NCBI RefSeq assembly: GCF_021028975.2
Contig: NC_059439.1
Span: forward strand, 22,444,001 to 22,508,000
DNA from: Sphaerodactylus townsendi
Taxonomy: Eukaryota
Length of the DNA: 64,000 nucleotides
Direction of reading: 5' to 3'
Positions 22,101 through 33,948 of the stretch are shown here, piece by piece. The position numbers and the translations under genes were made by a program. A model generated the notes under the pieces. It did not search any database and had not been told where the DNA came from. It saw nothing but the letters and a program-made list of their open reading frames with translations. Position 1 is the first letter of the stretch; each line of letters begins with the position of its first letter.

Positions 22101-23008
22101 GCCTGAGCTGTCTGAGCGAAGGAGGGTAGAGCCTGTGCCTGGATTGACTGTGGAACTAGGATGCAAAGGCCACCGGAGTAGTGACCAGACCTAGACAATT
22201 TGGTTGCTGGGAGGCAGAAGGACTTATAGCTCATAAAGCAAATATGATAATTGGCCCACGTTTCTTGAAGGAGAATCACATCAGCCTCTCTAAGGTAGTC
22301 ACAGAAGAGAGGGTTTCTGAGCTTGTTCCCCCATCCTGAAATATTCCATGATAGGATGGAGAGGCCAGCTGGAGGTTGGCGTCATTCGGCGTGCTCTAAG
22401 TCTGTGATTCCAGGAATGTCAGAAAGGATGCAGCCATTTCTGGAAGGTAAGGCTGTTCTTGTGATAGGGGGCAGTGCCAAGGGTCTCGACTTCAGCATAG
22501 GGTGCTTAGCAGGAATAACTCACCTTACCCTCCAGGCAAATCCTGGGCTAAGGAGCTTGAGGAAATAGAATCCTGGGCTAAGGAGCTTGAGGAAATAGAA
22601 TCTTCCCAGCCCTCTTCCATAGCTCCCATTCGTCATATTGTTTCACCTAGATCCCTTGGGGTTCCTTTGTCCTGTGAGGAGAATCATGATGCTTCCCCCC
22701 AATATATGTCCAAATCCTTGGAAGAGGAGGTCCTTTCAGGGTTTCAGAACCTCCCAAGCTCAGAACAAAAAGCTGTCATTGCTAATCTAGGCTCTACCAC
22801 CTCCAAACTCATCCAGCTAATGCATTCTTCGTCTCCGGCTCTAGAGGGTCAGACCTCAGCATCCTGCTCTGTGTCTGAGTGTCCTGTTGCACCAATAAGT
22901 CCTTCTAATTCGTGCCCTCCAGAGATCCTCTCAGTCAAGTTTTCTTTCAATGAATCTTTGCCTTCTGGAACTTTCCTCAGTCTTAGAGCTCTCTCTTTAA
23001 TGAAATAT
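18541..23008 (-). mobile_element. Large RTE-X-like LINE: partial ORF1 and disrupted ORF2 (APE endonuclease, RT, C-terminal CCHC)
   Basis: LSWNISGW, ILLQETW, MGDFNARVG, SDHLPL (APE); GVKQG, LYADD, YKYLG (RT); RLCPC..ESLAHQLLHC; ORF2 stop at 18636; several frameshifts/stops; 30-bp tandem duplication ~22539-22602. Confidence 0.9.
18812..19167 (+). mobile_element. L2 3' fragment nested in the LINE ORF2
   Basis: 3' stem-loop ctgcccagagcccctcggggatggggcgg, (taaa)n tail, TAATT at both junctions; host ORF resumes across it. Confidence 0.8.
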
Positions 23009-23545
23009 AGGCCCTTTCCGCATGGGCCATATACGGGGCCCTGAGGATGGCAAAAATGCCGTCCCCAGGGAGCCGTTTGCACAGGGGGTGCAGCTGCTTC
23101 GCAGCCGCGCCGCCCAAGCGGCATGAAGCTGCCGTTTTCCTACCTCGCTCCCTGAGCGAGGTTTATGGAAAACGGCGGCTTTGAGCCGCTGCCGTGCAAA
23201 TGGCAGCAGCTTGAAGGCACCCTCCCCCCTTTCGCCCTCCACCTACCATGTCTGTGGCCGTCCAGCACATTGCTGAAGCCTGGGGACACGCCCCCCTGCC
23301 CTGCGACGCTGAAGCACTTGCACAGGGCAGGGGGGCATGTCCCCAGGCCTCGGCAATGTGCCGGACGGCCACAGACACGGTAGGTTGGCCGGGCGACGGT
23401 GCTCCATGGTGCTGTCTTCCCGGCTGTTTCTGAGACCGTTCGTGCGAATGATCCCAGGGGGGTTGGGAACAGGGTGAATGTGCGTTTGGCGCTGGTGTAG
23501 TGGGGAATTCTGCAGGAAACCTGGATATTTGGAGTGACGAGCATG
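23009..23545. mobile_element. GC-rich Harbinger-like MITE with long internal hairpin
   Basis: Starts ggccctttccgcatgggcc (TIR family of 12049/12276); inverted repeat ~23242-23383; right end not identified. Confidence 0.6.
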
Positions 23546-23852
23546 CATCTAATCATGAGTGGGGAATCGACCTTTGTTTTGGGAATCTGCCAGCTGGGAG
23601 GGAAATAAGATCAAGAATCTTTCTATTTTTTTTAAAAAAAACCCTTCTAGCTTCTTTTTTCCTGTAAGTCCTTTTTTATTTTAAATTCATATCAGTTCAG
23701 ATCATTACACTTATCTGTTTCTATCAGTTTCATATTTTTTAGGAAAATCTTGTGTCGTTCATTAGACTTTTGGAAGTGGTGATTGGACATCTCTTATAAG
23801 ACTTTTTCAGACTTCATTAGTTTCTTCAGAGGTACTCAGTTTAGATGTTTTC

Positions 23853-23985
23853 TCCCATGGGAAGATAAACAGCTGAAACGGGACAAGATGGCAATGCTTC
23901 TTTGCTTTGACTTCTCAGCTCCATGGGATCACTATGGTGGGTATTCTCCATGGGATCACGCATAGAAGAAATTACCCCCAGAGCT
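23853..23985. promoter_or_regulatory. Candidate OR promoter/enhancer: clustered O/E (Ebf) sites
   Basis: TCCCATGGGA 23853, CTCCATGGGA 23919 and 23946, AATTA-CCCCCAGAG ~23970; about 2.7 kb upstream of OR 26630. Confidence 0.5.
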
Positions 23986-26467
23986 CCTGTGGCTGTTTCC
24001 TGATCTCTCCTTCATTTGGACAGGCTGAAGTAGCCCTCAAGATTGTTCATTTGAGCTTCATTGTCTGGAAACATTGCAGACATATCCACCCAAGGCTGTT
24101 TCCATACCAAAAGTTGATACCCATTATTTCTAATTTAATAATATTCTTTGGGGGATCCAATTATTCAATCTGATATCCACAGAGTCGGGTCAGCTAAGTT
24201 AAATCTGCTCCAGTGGCAGCACGAGCTTCTGTGGCTGTCCACAGGACTCTCTGCCATTTCTCTGCTGTTTTGACTTTTACAGGATGCAAAAGGGCTGCAT
24301 TTTCCAGTCAGGATTATATGGGTTGCTAGGTTTTGTTTCCTCAGGCAGTGGCTCATTCATAGGGGGTCCATCTGAAGCTCACTCAGGGAAATCAGGAATT
24401 TACTGAGAGTTTGTGTAAATTGTCTATAACTGTAAGATTTTAGATAGCACACAATTGTGCATGGGATACTTAATACCTTTTTTTGCGGGTGGGGGGAGGA
24501 TCCATCTTCATATCTGTGCCATATTCCAGGAGAAGCTGTGTGCTAGAATAGGCACACGTATGGAATGAACATATAAGGAAATCAGTCATCAGGCTCAGAG
24601 AATGAGGTGGCAGCAGTGCACCACATGCCAGCTTTTTTTCTTATTCCAAGACAGGCACTAAGGCTCAGATTTGGCTCAGGCATGACCCAATAATTGCCAC
24701 CTAGCTACCTGTGGCCTGCAAGTGCAGACTGGAGGACTGATTTTTCTGACTTGCAACATTAGCGGCAGTGTGACAGAAGAAGGTGAGACTATCACTCATT
24801 TTAAATAATTCCTCTTGCTATTCCAGATTTTTGCTGAGTCTTTTGGTTTAATATTTCTCCTTAAATGGTTGATGCATGCTACAATAAGTTAACGGTACTA
24901 TCAGCGAGGCTGTTAACAAGTGCTTGTCAAGGTATTAATTAATGATAAGTTCTCTGTGTAATTGGGAAGACATGGCTGGTTGGATTTCTTGTATGTCCAT
25001 GAGTATGACAGGTAGATAATCTCTTTGCATGGACTTAGTGTTCTCTGCTATGAATTTACTAATTCTTCTGTTGTCAGAATTACCTTTTTGCATTATAATT
25101 GTGTAGTTCTTTGACTGTTCCAATCCAGCTTTTCTACTGGTAGAAAAGGATGGAGGATTCTTATTCTACCAAAAGGGGGGGGGATTATGAGTTTCATAAG
25201 ATCTTCTTGAACAGATGCCATATGGGATGAAGTCTACTGTTGGGAGGCAATTTGAGTGGGATTGCATAAAAGGCTGGCTAGATCCAGTCCCATGCATTGA
25301 ACTTCTGCCATTTGTAACTCGTGATGGGGTAATTCAGTAAGTATTACATAATTTAAAATCCTCCCAAAAGTTACAATAAACCAATATGTTCTGCAGAAAA
25401 CATAATATTGATGGGACCAGACTGATCTAAGAATTGTCTAAAGTATGTAAATCAAAAGTTAGAATAGGTTAACTGATATTTCAAAAAAGGGCTGCAAGCA
25501 GTAGATGCTCCAAGGATCTGAACTGGCATTGTCATTGTCTGAATTGTTCTTTAATGACTGGACATTAGCTGTCTGCTGAGGGAAGACTGTTGCTGAGTAA
25601 GATCTAGTTGTTCAGTCTATGTGAGGATTTCTGGCCAGCCAAATACCAGCCAACTATGCACAAAGATGTCTGTAGTCAACTAAAAGAAGACTAGCTGCTT
25701 AGCCCACCTCCCTTGTCAACCTGCCATTGGGTTTTTTAAGGCACAAATTAGTTTTTTTCAAGTGAGTTATGTGAAAGGATTTTTGACCACATGTGTTAGG
25801 CAAGTCTTCACAATACAACTAATTAACAAGAATGATTAAAATCCAAGAAGACAGAAAACTGTTTCAAAAGTATCTTTCCAAAATTGATAAATGGGTGTCA
25901 ACATGACAAAGAATGTTCAGTGTAAATACATGTAAACTGATTCATACACTGATGATTTGTGAAGAACAATTCTCACCAGGTTTATTCAGATGTCATTTCA
26001 TTCAATGGTACTTACTCCACTGATCAGTTTCTGAGAAGTATCTGGCTAGACGGTACGGGAAAGGTACTGAACTAGATGGAATCCTGGAGAAAAATCACCT
26101 TGAAGTCTTTGGTTCAGGAAAGGACAGATTCAAGTAAATGAAGTACAGATATGGCATAATATACTTAAGATGCCACTCTTCATATTAAATGTTTCGCTCA
26201 TTTTCTGCCTGCACATATTCCATGTGTATATAGATTAAATGCATGCAGCTCTCCTTGTGCTGAATGTGATAATTCCTGATCAAGCTTGTAAAATGTATAT
26301 GCCTACAAATTACACATGTTTAGATATGTGTTTGGGACTGTGTATTGCAGAGGAGATTAGTATTTGAAGGCCAGAATAAGGACAACCAGATACAATTTAG
26401 TAAATATCAATATTAAGTAAATATATTGTTGGTCCTATTTGATGTGGGAGAGCAGCCAATAAGTCTA

Positions 26468-26516
26468 ATACATACATACATACATACATACATACATACA
26501 TACATACATACATACA
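26468..26516. repeat. (TACA)n microsatellite
   Basis: Direct reading. Confidence 0.95.
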
Positions 26517-26629
26517 TTATATACCTTAGGGGAGTGTGATTATCAGAATGTGGAATTTTGATCAACCTTTAATTAATATTAGTCATACTTTGTCTCATAG
26601 ATAACAAGGATCAAAGTACTGAGGACAAA

Positions 26630-27583
26630 ATGCATAACCATACCACCGCATCCATGTTTCTGCTCATGGAATTTGCAGACCTCCGTGACCTTCAGATTTT
26701 ACATTTCTGTGTGTTTCTTGGTTTGTATTTGATAGCTGTGACCAACAATCTTCTCATTACCATTTTGGTAATTATTGATCATCATCTACACACCCCCATG
26801 TACTTTTTCTTAATGAACTTAGGGGTTCTGGATATTGGATCGATTTCTGTTATGGTCCCCAAAGCTATGGTCAATTCCCTTATGAGCAGCAGGTCCATCT
26901 CATATTCTGGATGCGTTGCTCAGGTTTTCTTTTTCTTTGCCTTTGCAACATCAGATCTTGCCCTACTCACAATAATGGCACATGATCGCTATGTAGCTAT
27001 CTGCAACCCATTGCAATATGAGTTGATTATGCACAAAGATGCCTGCATTCAAATGGTGGTCAGTGCATGGATTAGTGGGATTCTTAATGCTACATTACAC
27101 ACTGGAGGTACCTTTGCTGTCACCTTCTGCTCCAATGTAGTCAACCAATTCTTCTGTGAAGTCCCACAATTGCTAAAGCTTGCTTGCTCTGACTTGTATT
27201 TAGTTGAAGTGGGCCTTCTTGCGCTTAACTGTAGTATTGTGCTGGGATGCTTTATCTTCATAATTGTAACTTATATGAATATTTTTGCTACAGTGCTCAG
27301 AATCCCTTCTGTGCAGGGTCAGAAGAAAGCTCTCTCCACTTGCCTTCCCCACCTCACTGTGGTATCCCTCCTTGTATTCAGTGGAATCTTTGCCTATGCA
27401 AGACCTCCCACCAACACTTCTTCTCCTCTAGATGTAGTTTTTGCTGTGATATATACCATAATCTCTCCACTGCTCAATCCACTCATCTATAGCATGAGAA
27501 ACAAAGAGATCAAGACTGCATTAGTGAAGCTGTTCTGCGCGGGGCCTTTATCTAATCTCATCTCTAACAAAGTTGTTCTATGA
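26630..27583 (+). CDS. Olfactory receptor, family-14-like
   Basis: MHNHT, LHTPMYFFL, MAHDRYVAICNPL, KALSTCLPHL, PLLNPLIYSMRN; acceptor ctcatag at 26600; 317 aa. Confidence 0.96.
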   Translation: MHNHTTASMFLLMEFADLRDLQILHFCVFLGLYLIAVTNNLLITILVIIDHHLHTPMYFFLMNLGVLDIGSISVMVPKAMVNSLMSSRSISYSGCVAQVFFFFAFATSDLALLTIMAHDRYVAICNPLQYELIMHKDACIQMVVSAWISGILNATLHTGGTFAVTFCSNVVNQFFCEVPQLLKLACSDLYLVEVGLLALNCSIVLGCFIFIIVTYMNIFATVLRIPSVQGQKKALSTCLPHLTVVSLLVFSGIFAYARPPTNTSSPLDVVFAVIYTIISPLLNPLIYSMRNKEIKTALVKLFCAGPLSNLISNKVVL

Positions 27584-27892
27584 GAATGATTTTTTATATT
27601 TATTCTGGAAGTGAATGCTTATCCTTGACATTTTTTTACCTTGCATATTTTAACCTTGCATGACAAAGAAGATATCAAGGGACCTTTCCTTCATCTAACA
27701 TGGCACTGATGGTGAAGTAGATTAGTTTTACCAAATAACAAAGACTCTGCTCACCTCCTCACACTTTCCTCCCTCCACTTCTGTACATTTCTGTAAAAGT
27801 ATGGTAAAGAAGAGGTTCCCCCACCTTCTTATTGTATCTAAATAAGTAAGCCCTTACCTTGAGGGCAAGAATAAATCTAAATCTATATCATG

Positions 27893-28052
27893 AATGCTTA
27901 TACTGAAATAAATTTCATTTTGCGTGCACAATGACAATAAACAATTGACAATCAACAATAAACAATTGACAATCAACAATTGTGACAATGACAATAAACA
28001 ACAATTTCGTTGTGCGTGCACAATGACAATAAAATGCTTATGCTTATGCTTA
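27893..28052 (+). mobile_element. Tandemly repeated LINE 3' end (Rex1/Babar-like)
   Basis: Two copies of aatttc..tgcgtgcacaatgacaataaa with acaat-rich repeats between; (atgctt)n tail. Confidence 0.5.
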
Positions 28053-29953
28053 AATTCTGTTAATCTTTTAAGATGCAACTGGGTTTCTATTCCCCTTTGA
28101 TAGACTGACATTGGACATTCAGCACAATGAGGACATATTTCCCATTTACTCTTAGCTGCTATGAAAATACTTTCCACTGAATGGGGGAGTGATAAATTAA
28201 TTGACAATCAATTGACAAGGAAGTATTGGGGGGAAGGGATCCAGTGCCCAAGATTGGCAGCACCAGCAGGGCAAGAACTAAGTCATTTTGTATGCAAAGG
28301 GGCGTACTCCTTTCTCACTTGCATATATGCTTTTAAAATGTTAAAATATATTAATTAATATGATGTTAATAAACTACAAGCTATCATAGTTCCATGGTAT
28401 ACATTTGGATGAGAATTACAATTGCTTTCGTTGTTTACAAACACTTTCCCTATTTGTGTAGCTATGCCTGAAATTGAGAATCCACTTCAAGCAGCTGATG
28501 AAATGTAGGTGGTTTCTGCACATCACAAAAAAAAAGATTCTTGTAAAACCAGGGTAGAGGGAAATAACGGACTGATCCTGTTTTGGGGAAATGCCCTGTG
28601 TGACATTCTTCCCCAAAATGGGATAAATAGCTTTCTTAGCCCGTTTTATTTGGGCTGTGTGGAAACCATCACAGTCTAACTGTGAAAGATGAAACTACAA
28701 TAGATCTGCTATTTTGTATAGTGGGACAAGTTTACTTTTTGTCTGGCCACAACAGATTGACATGGCTAACCCTCTAGTGTTTGTCTTTTCTAATTATCTG
28801 TCTGGAGCCCAGATTTCAATGGAATTTAGCTCAAGAATTTGTTTTTTTAATAAAAAAAATTTCTAACATGAAAAATCAAACACATACATAGATTCCAACA
28901 ACAAGAACAAATCAAGTTTAAACATAACAAAATACAATGAGAGTTTGTTTTCAGTGTGGAAGAAAAAATACCTCTGGAAATGCACAGAATGCCTGTGTCT
29001 TTCCCTTGATAATGAAAAGACTGAAGTCTATTTTATTTCCACATTCCCCTAGAATACATAAAAGAACTTTTTAAAACTTATCTTAAAAATGCGGAGGAGC
29101 TCATCAGGGAGCGACCGCACGGAACGGCAAATTATTCCAAGCTTGTTCGATACATAAAATCGAGTCACATGAAAAGGCATTTGTAATGTAGAATTTAATG
29201 TACAGCTGATCAGTGATCATTAAGCTATTTGTTGCTAAATGGTTACCAGTGACATGATTCCATACCATTCATTATTAATAGGAAGGTGGTTCTTTCATCA
29301 TCCGTGCTAAACAGATTTTCCTTTTGCAATGTATTACAAGTAGATTTTTCAATCTACTCCTGCATTCCAGAATTTAAAAAAAGACAAGTACAAATAATGG
29401 ATTAAATTAGCACTTTATTAATGACTGACTAGACATAGAAATGCAACTGTCACTTCACAGCCTGTTCAGTGTGGGGTACTGTATTCATAGAAGCGTCAGA
29501 TGAACTAGCTCACCAGATAAAAATTTCAGCCCTCTTGTTTATGTTCATGATTTCTCTGCTGCTTCTCACTACAGACAGTTTGAGGCAGCATACAAAGTAA
29601 AAGAGAACATGAACATAGACACCATGAAGGTTGAAACAAGGAATGAAACAGTAAAAAGCCAGCACACAAATCTCAGCAAGAGCATAAAACTGGATTGCAT
29701 CTTAAAATGAGTATCCAAAAATAGTTGTTAGGCTAAAAGCACACTGTAAAAAAAGCAAGAATTTAAAAGAATCAACCCCTTGATAGAAACCAAAATCTTT
29801 TCATCTGGCACTTAATATATAGTATAATAGGTGCTCCCTCCTCTTCCAAGGCTCTGTGGTAACCAGGCACATTTGCCAAATCTCCAGGAATTTACAACAG
29901 CAATGCTTGCTGTGTGTATATATGAGTGTGAGAACCAGTGCTTTTCAGTTCCT

Positions 29954-30907
29954 TTATTTTTCATTACCAAGGACATACAAGAAATTTTTTAACTTTTTTG
30001 ATATTTTGCACGCAGCCTCTTGGATGTCCTTGTTTCTGAGGCTATAAATGATTGGATTCAGGACTGGTGGTAAAACAGCATACAAAACAGCAGAGAGCAG
30101 GTCGACAGTAGGAGAGGAGAGGGCTTTGGGTCTCATGTATGAAAACACAGCTGTGAGAGTAAATAAGGAAAACACTGTCAAGTGTGGAATGCAAGTAGAG
30201 AAGGCTTTGTATCTGCCCTGAACTGATGGAATCTTCAGCACGGTTGAGAAGATGTAGCCATAGGAAACGAAGATAAACATAAAGCAGAAGGAATCCACAA
30301 TGGATCCAAGGACAAGGATCAGGACACGATGTGCTTCTGTATCCGTGCAAGAGATCTTTTGTAGCTGAGGGATATCACAGAAAAACTGCTCAATAATATT
30401 GGACCCACAGAAGTTTAAACTAAATGTAATACTCGTTTCTATTATTGCATGGATCACACTGCAGGTCCACGAAGCAGCTGCCAGGTGAGAGCAGGTATCC
30501 CAGTTCATGATTAACATATACTGTAGGGGATGGCAAATTGCTACAAAGCGGTCATAAGCCATGATAGTAAGCAGAGCTAGCTCAGCACCCGCAAAAGTCA
30601 TCACTAAGAAAACCTGGGCAACACACCCATAGAAAGAGATCAGCTTGCTGTTTGTTAAGGAGGTGGCCATGGATTTGGGAACAGTGGTGGAAATAAAGCA
30701 TATATCTGAAAAGGATAAGTTCACCAGAAAAAAGTACATAGGGGTGTGAAGCTGATAATTGAGGGACACCAGTGTGATTATGAGAGCATTCCCAGACAGG
30801 GCTATGACATAAATTGACAGAAATATCGTAAAATGCAACATCTGTCCATTGGGGTCCTCAGAAAAACCCTTCAGAAGAAACTCCGTAACTGTGGATTGGT
30901 TTGACAT
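29954..30907 (-). CDS. Olfactory receptor, family-14-like (MAYDR subgroup)
   Basis: MSNQS, LHTPMYFFL, MAYDRFVAICHPL, KAFSTCIPHL, PPVLNPIIYSLRN; acceptor ttttcacag ~30927; 317 aa. Confidence 0.96.
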   Translation of the reverse strand: MSNQSTVTEFLLKGFSEDPNGQMLHFTIFLSIYVIALSGNALIITLVSLNYQLHTPMYFFLVNLSFSDICFISTTVPKSMATSLTNSKLISFYGCVAQVFLVMTFAGAELALLTIMAYDRFVAICHPLQYMLIMNWDTCSHLAAASWTCSVIHAIIETSITFSLNFCGSNIIEQFFCDIPQLQKISCTDTEAHRVLILVLGSIVDSFCFMFIFVSYGYIFSTVLKIPSVQGRYKAFSTCIPHLTVFSLFTLTAVFSYMRPKALSSPTVDLLSAVLYAVLPPVLNPIIYSLRNKDIQEAACKISKKLKNFLYVLGNEK

Positions 30908-31009
30908 TTGATTTGCTTGAAATATTCTGTGAAAAGAAGGAAAGTTGTTAACGGAAGAAATGTTTGGTGAAACAAAGTTGTCTACTTAAACTGTTGTCTA
31001 CTTAACTGT

Positions 31010-31200
31010 CAAGACACACCCAACTGATGGCAATCCTTTACGGTTTTCAAAACAAGAGACAAAAAGAGGTGGCATGTCTTTGCATAGGTGTTGTGGATTT
31101 CCTTGGTAGTCTCCCAACTAAATACTAACCAGCATTTTCCTTATTTATTCTCACAGCTGATTACTTTTGAGATCCAATGAGATCAGATTAGCTTGGACAA
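31010..31200 (-). mobile_element. Degenerate 5S rRNA-derived SINE
   Basis: gtctcccaactaaatactaaccag...ttttgagatc matches the reverse complement of 5S internal promoter sequence. Confidence 0.5.
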
Positions 31201-32130
31201 TTCATGCCAGGGTGTTACACTATTTTATGCTGATCAATATTCAGGGTAATGTAGTCCAATGCAAAGTTACACCCAAATTTACTGAAGTCAAAGGGCTTAG
31301 AACAATATAATTCTGACCAACATCCCTTTCAGACTAGCTCTATAAATTGTTTTGGCTTCTGGAAGAAAATGAATTTTGAAAATGTTTCTAAATTTATTTT
31401 TATAGAAAACCCTCTCAGGTGTACAACTGACATGGTGATGGAGTTTGTGAGGTAAGGATATGTGTCAGTGAAGCTGAGAGCTATACTGTGAAGGAGTTCA
31501 GACTCTGTCAAAAGGCTAAACTCCTAGCAGAGTTACTCAAGATGGGGTGGTCACAGCTAAGACGACAGAGTAACATGCATGTACCCCCTTTAGGAAGCAA
31601 TGGCCATATCAGTAGAAGAAAATGAACAATTCGAATTGTGATGGAGACCAAGAAATCCTTGAAGGGTAGCTACTGAGCAGCAGAAGTAGTGGAAGGTGAA
31701 ACTGGTAGAGATTCTTTTGTAGAGAATGGCAGTGACACTTGGACTTGGACTTGATCAAAATGTTCATCCACTGGAACTGAATGATGCCCTTAAAATAAAA
31801 GAGTAATGAAGGGCCAGTTAAAGAGTGGAAGGAGTCTGGATGTGAGGGGAAGCTGAAAGAGAATATATGTATTTTCATAGATCTACAGGAGCAATTAGAT
31901 CAGATTAAAATGGAATGACACTTTGGCTAACTCTGGCTAGTACTGTACAGAAGGTGACAATGGTACACTACTTCTGATTGTCTCTTACCTGGAAAACCTT
32001 ATGATGTTTAATTTTTGTCTTCAGAAACCAAAGAAGATTTAAGGAGACTTAATGAAAGGAAGGCAAGATTTCAATTAATGTTTAACCACAGCATACATTA
32101 TTCTATAGTTTAATATTGTAATACATATAT

Positions 32131-32795
32131 CAGTGATGGCGAACCTATGGCACAGGTGCCAGAGGTGGCACTCAGAGCCCTCTCTATGGGCACGCACAAA
32201 CAGAATTCATCATGTGGAGGGGAAATTGCCTCCCCCCACACTTCTAGGCTGGCCTGGGCCGCTGGGTTCGATTATTAGCATTAAACCTAAGACCTAGTTT
32301 TGGTGAAGCAGTGTAGGTAACCCTGTTAAGCGCTGTTAAACCCCACTGATTTTCATGCAAAGAACTAAAGTGAGATCCTTTACCTGGGAGTAAGCTCAGT
32401 TGCTGGCAATGTGGCTTGCTTCTGAGTAAACCCTCCTAGGGTCGTGATTCACCCATTTGAAGAGTTGCATGGTTGCTTCAAAGCAAAGCCAACAACTACC
32501 ACCAAGCTTACTCCCGAGTAACACACGCCTCAGAGCCAACCCTTTTTTCTAAACTAAGGCTCATTCCGCACACGCAAAATAATGCACTTTCAAGCTGCTT
32601 TCACAACTGTTTTTGCCATTCCACACAACTTCAAAGAGCCCTGAAAGCAGCTTGAAAGTGCATTATTCTGCGTGTGCGGAATGAGCCTTAAACTTCAGTA
32701 TTCAGGTTAAATTGCCGTGTTGGCACTTTGCGATACATAAGTGGGTTTTGGGTTGCAGTTAGGGCACTCGATCTCAAAAAGGTTCGCCATCACTG
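32131..32795. mobile_element. Non-autonomous hAT element containing a nested MITE
   Basis: TIR cagtgatggcgaacc both ends; exact TSD acatatat; empty site in paralogue at ~57179. Confidence 0.92.
32558..32687. mobile_element. Harbinger-like MITE nested in hAT
   Basis: TIR ggctcattccgcacacgca; TAA/TTA flanks. Confidence 0.85.
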
Positions 32796-33276
32796 ACATA
32801 TATCATAATGTATTAGTCACATCTACTTCTCTCAGCATTAAGAAGACTACAGAAATCAGACAGAACTGCTATTTCCTGTTTCTTTTACTAAAGAAGGCTG
32901 ATGCTTGGAAGAAATGAAAGAATTTAAATTATATTTTTATCTTTAACAGAGTAACACAAACAACAGCATACACAATATGACTGTGATGTTTTTCTTGAAG
33001 ATGACAACAAAGGAAAAAAAACCCTAATCTAATTTCTGCAGGAGAATTAATGTTTTTGCTACTTAAATTGCTATTGTTACATTATTATTATGCTTTTATA
33101 CAAGGTATACAGTGTCATGCGTGAAAGTCACACACTGTTTTGAACCCAACTTTTGAACTAGATACACTCATTGATCTATTTTTTTAAAAAAATCTCCCAA
33201 TCTTTTATTTCTGTTAAATCTTCCATAAATCATCATGTTACTATGATCAAATGACTGGAGGGGTAAAAAGTGTTTA

Positions 33277-33554
33277 CCTGTTCCTGTGTTTTCACTTGCT
33301 CCTGGAAGTAAGGAGATGAGACCACACGAGAGAGATTTAGCCATGCAAATACTTATATGTGATGTAAGGGCTGACTCTGTAGAACTATGTATTGTATCTC
33401 AGGAGTTGATACAGTAGAACTAATTAACGCTGTTGCTTTTCAACTCTCTGAAGATTTATCAAAAGAGGGACTTTGCTGTTCAGAATGTTGGAGATAGTAT
33501 AGTAGAGTCATCAGGTAATGGCCTGAATGCCATGTTCTGATTAGCCCTGAGGGA
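33277..33554 (-). promoter_or_regulatory. Candidate promoter and first non-coding exon of OR 30907
   Basis: Minus-strand donor CAG|GTAAA at 33277, TCTCAGGAG 33397, TAATTA 33421, CTGATTAG-CCCTGAGGGA 33537-33554; conserved at 57657-57934. Confidence 0.55.
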
Positions 33555-33651
33555 GTCAGATTTACACATCATCGATTATGGATGAGCACAGGCATAACAG
33601 TAGAGCTGCTGGATGTTTCTCTATGGACTTGCGGCATGCAAGCTGGATGGA

Positions 33652-33948
33652 CAGCATAGTGTAGTGGTTAAGAGAAGGTGGATTCTAACCTGGAGAACCA
33701 GTTTTGATTCCCCACTCCTCCACCTGATTGGCAGAGGCTTATCTGGTGAACCAGATGTGTTTCTGCACTCCTACATTCCTGCTGCGTGACCTTGGGCTAG
33801 TCATGGTTCTTTGGAACTCTCTCAGCCCCACCTACCTCACTAGGTGTCTGTTTTGGAAAGCAGAAGGGAAAGAAGCTTCTAAGCCACCTTGAGTCTCCTT
33901 ATGGGAGAGAAAGTTGGGGTATAAATCCAAACTTCTCTTCTTCTTCTT
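33652..33948 (+). mobile_element. tRNA-derived squamate SINE
   Basis: A-box gtagtggtta, (ttc)n tail; shared with the duplicate at 58032. Confidence 0.85.

Noticed and set aside
27918-28052. CRISPR-like repeat array
   Set aside because: Vertebrate DNA, no unique spacers, no cas genes; better explained as LINE tail stutter.
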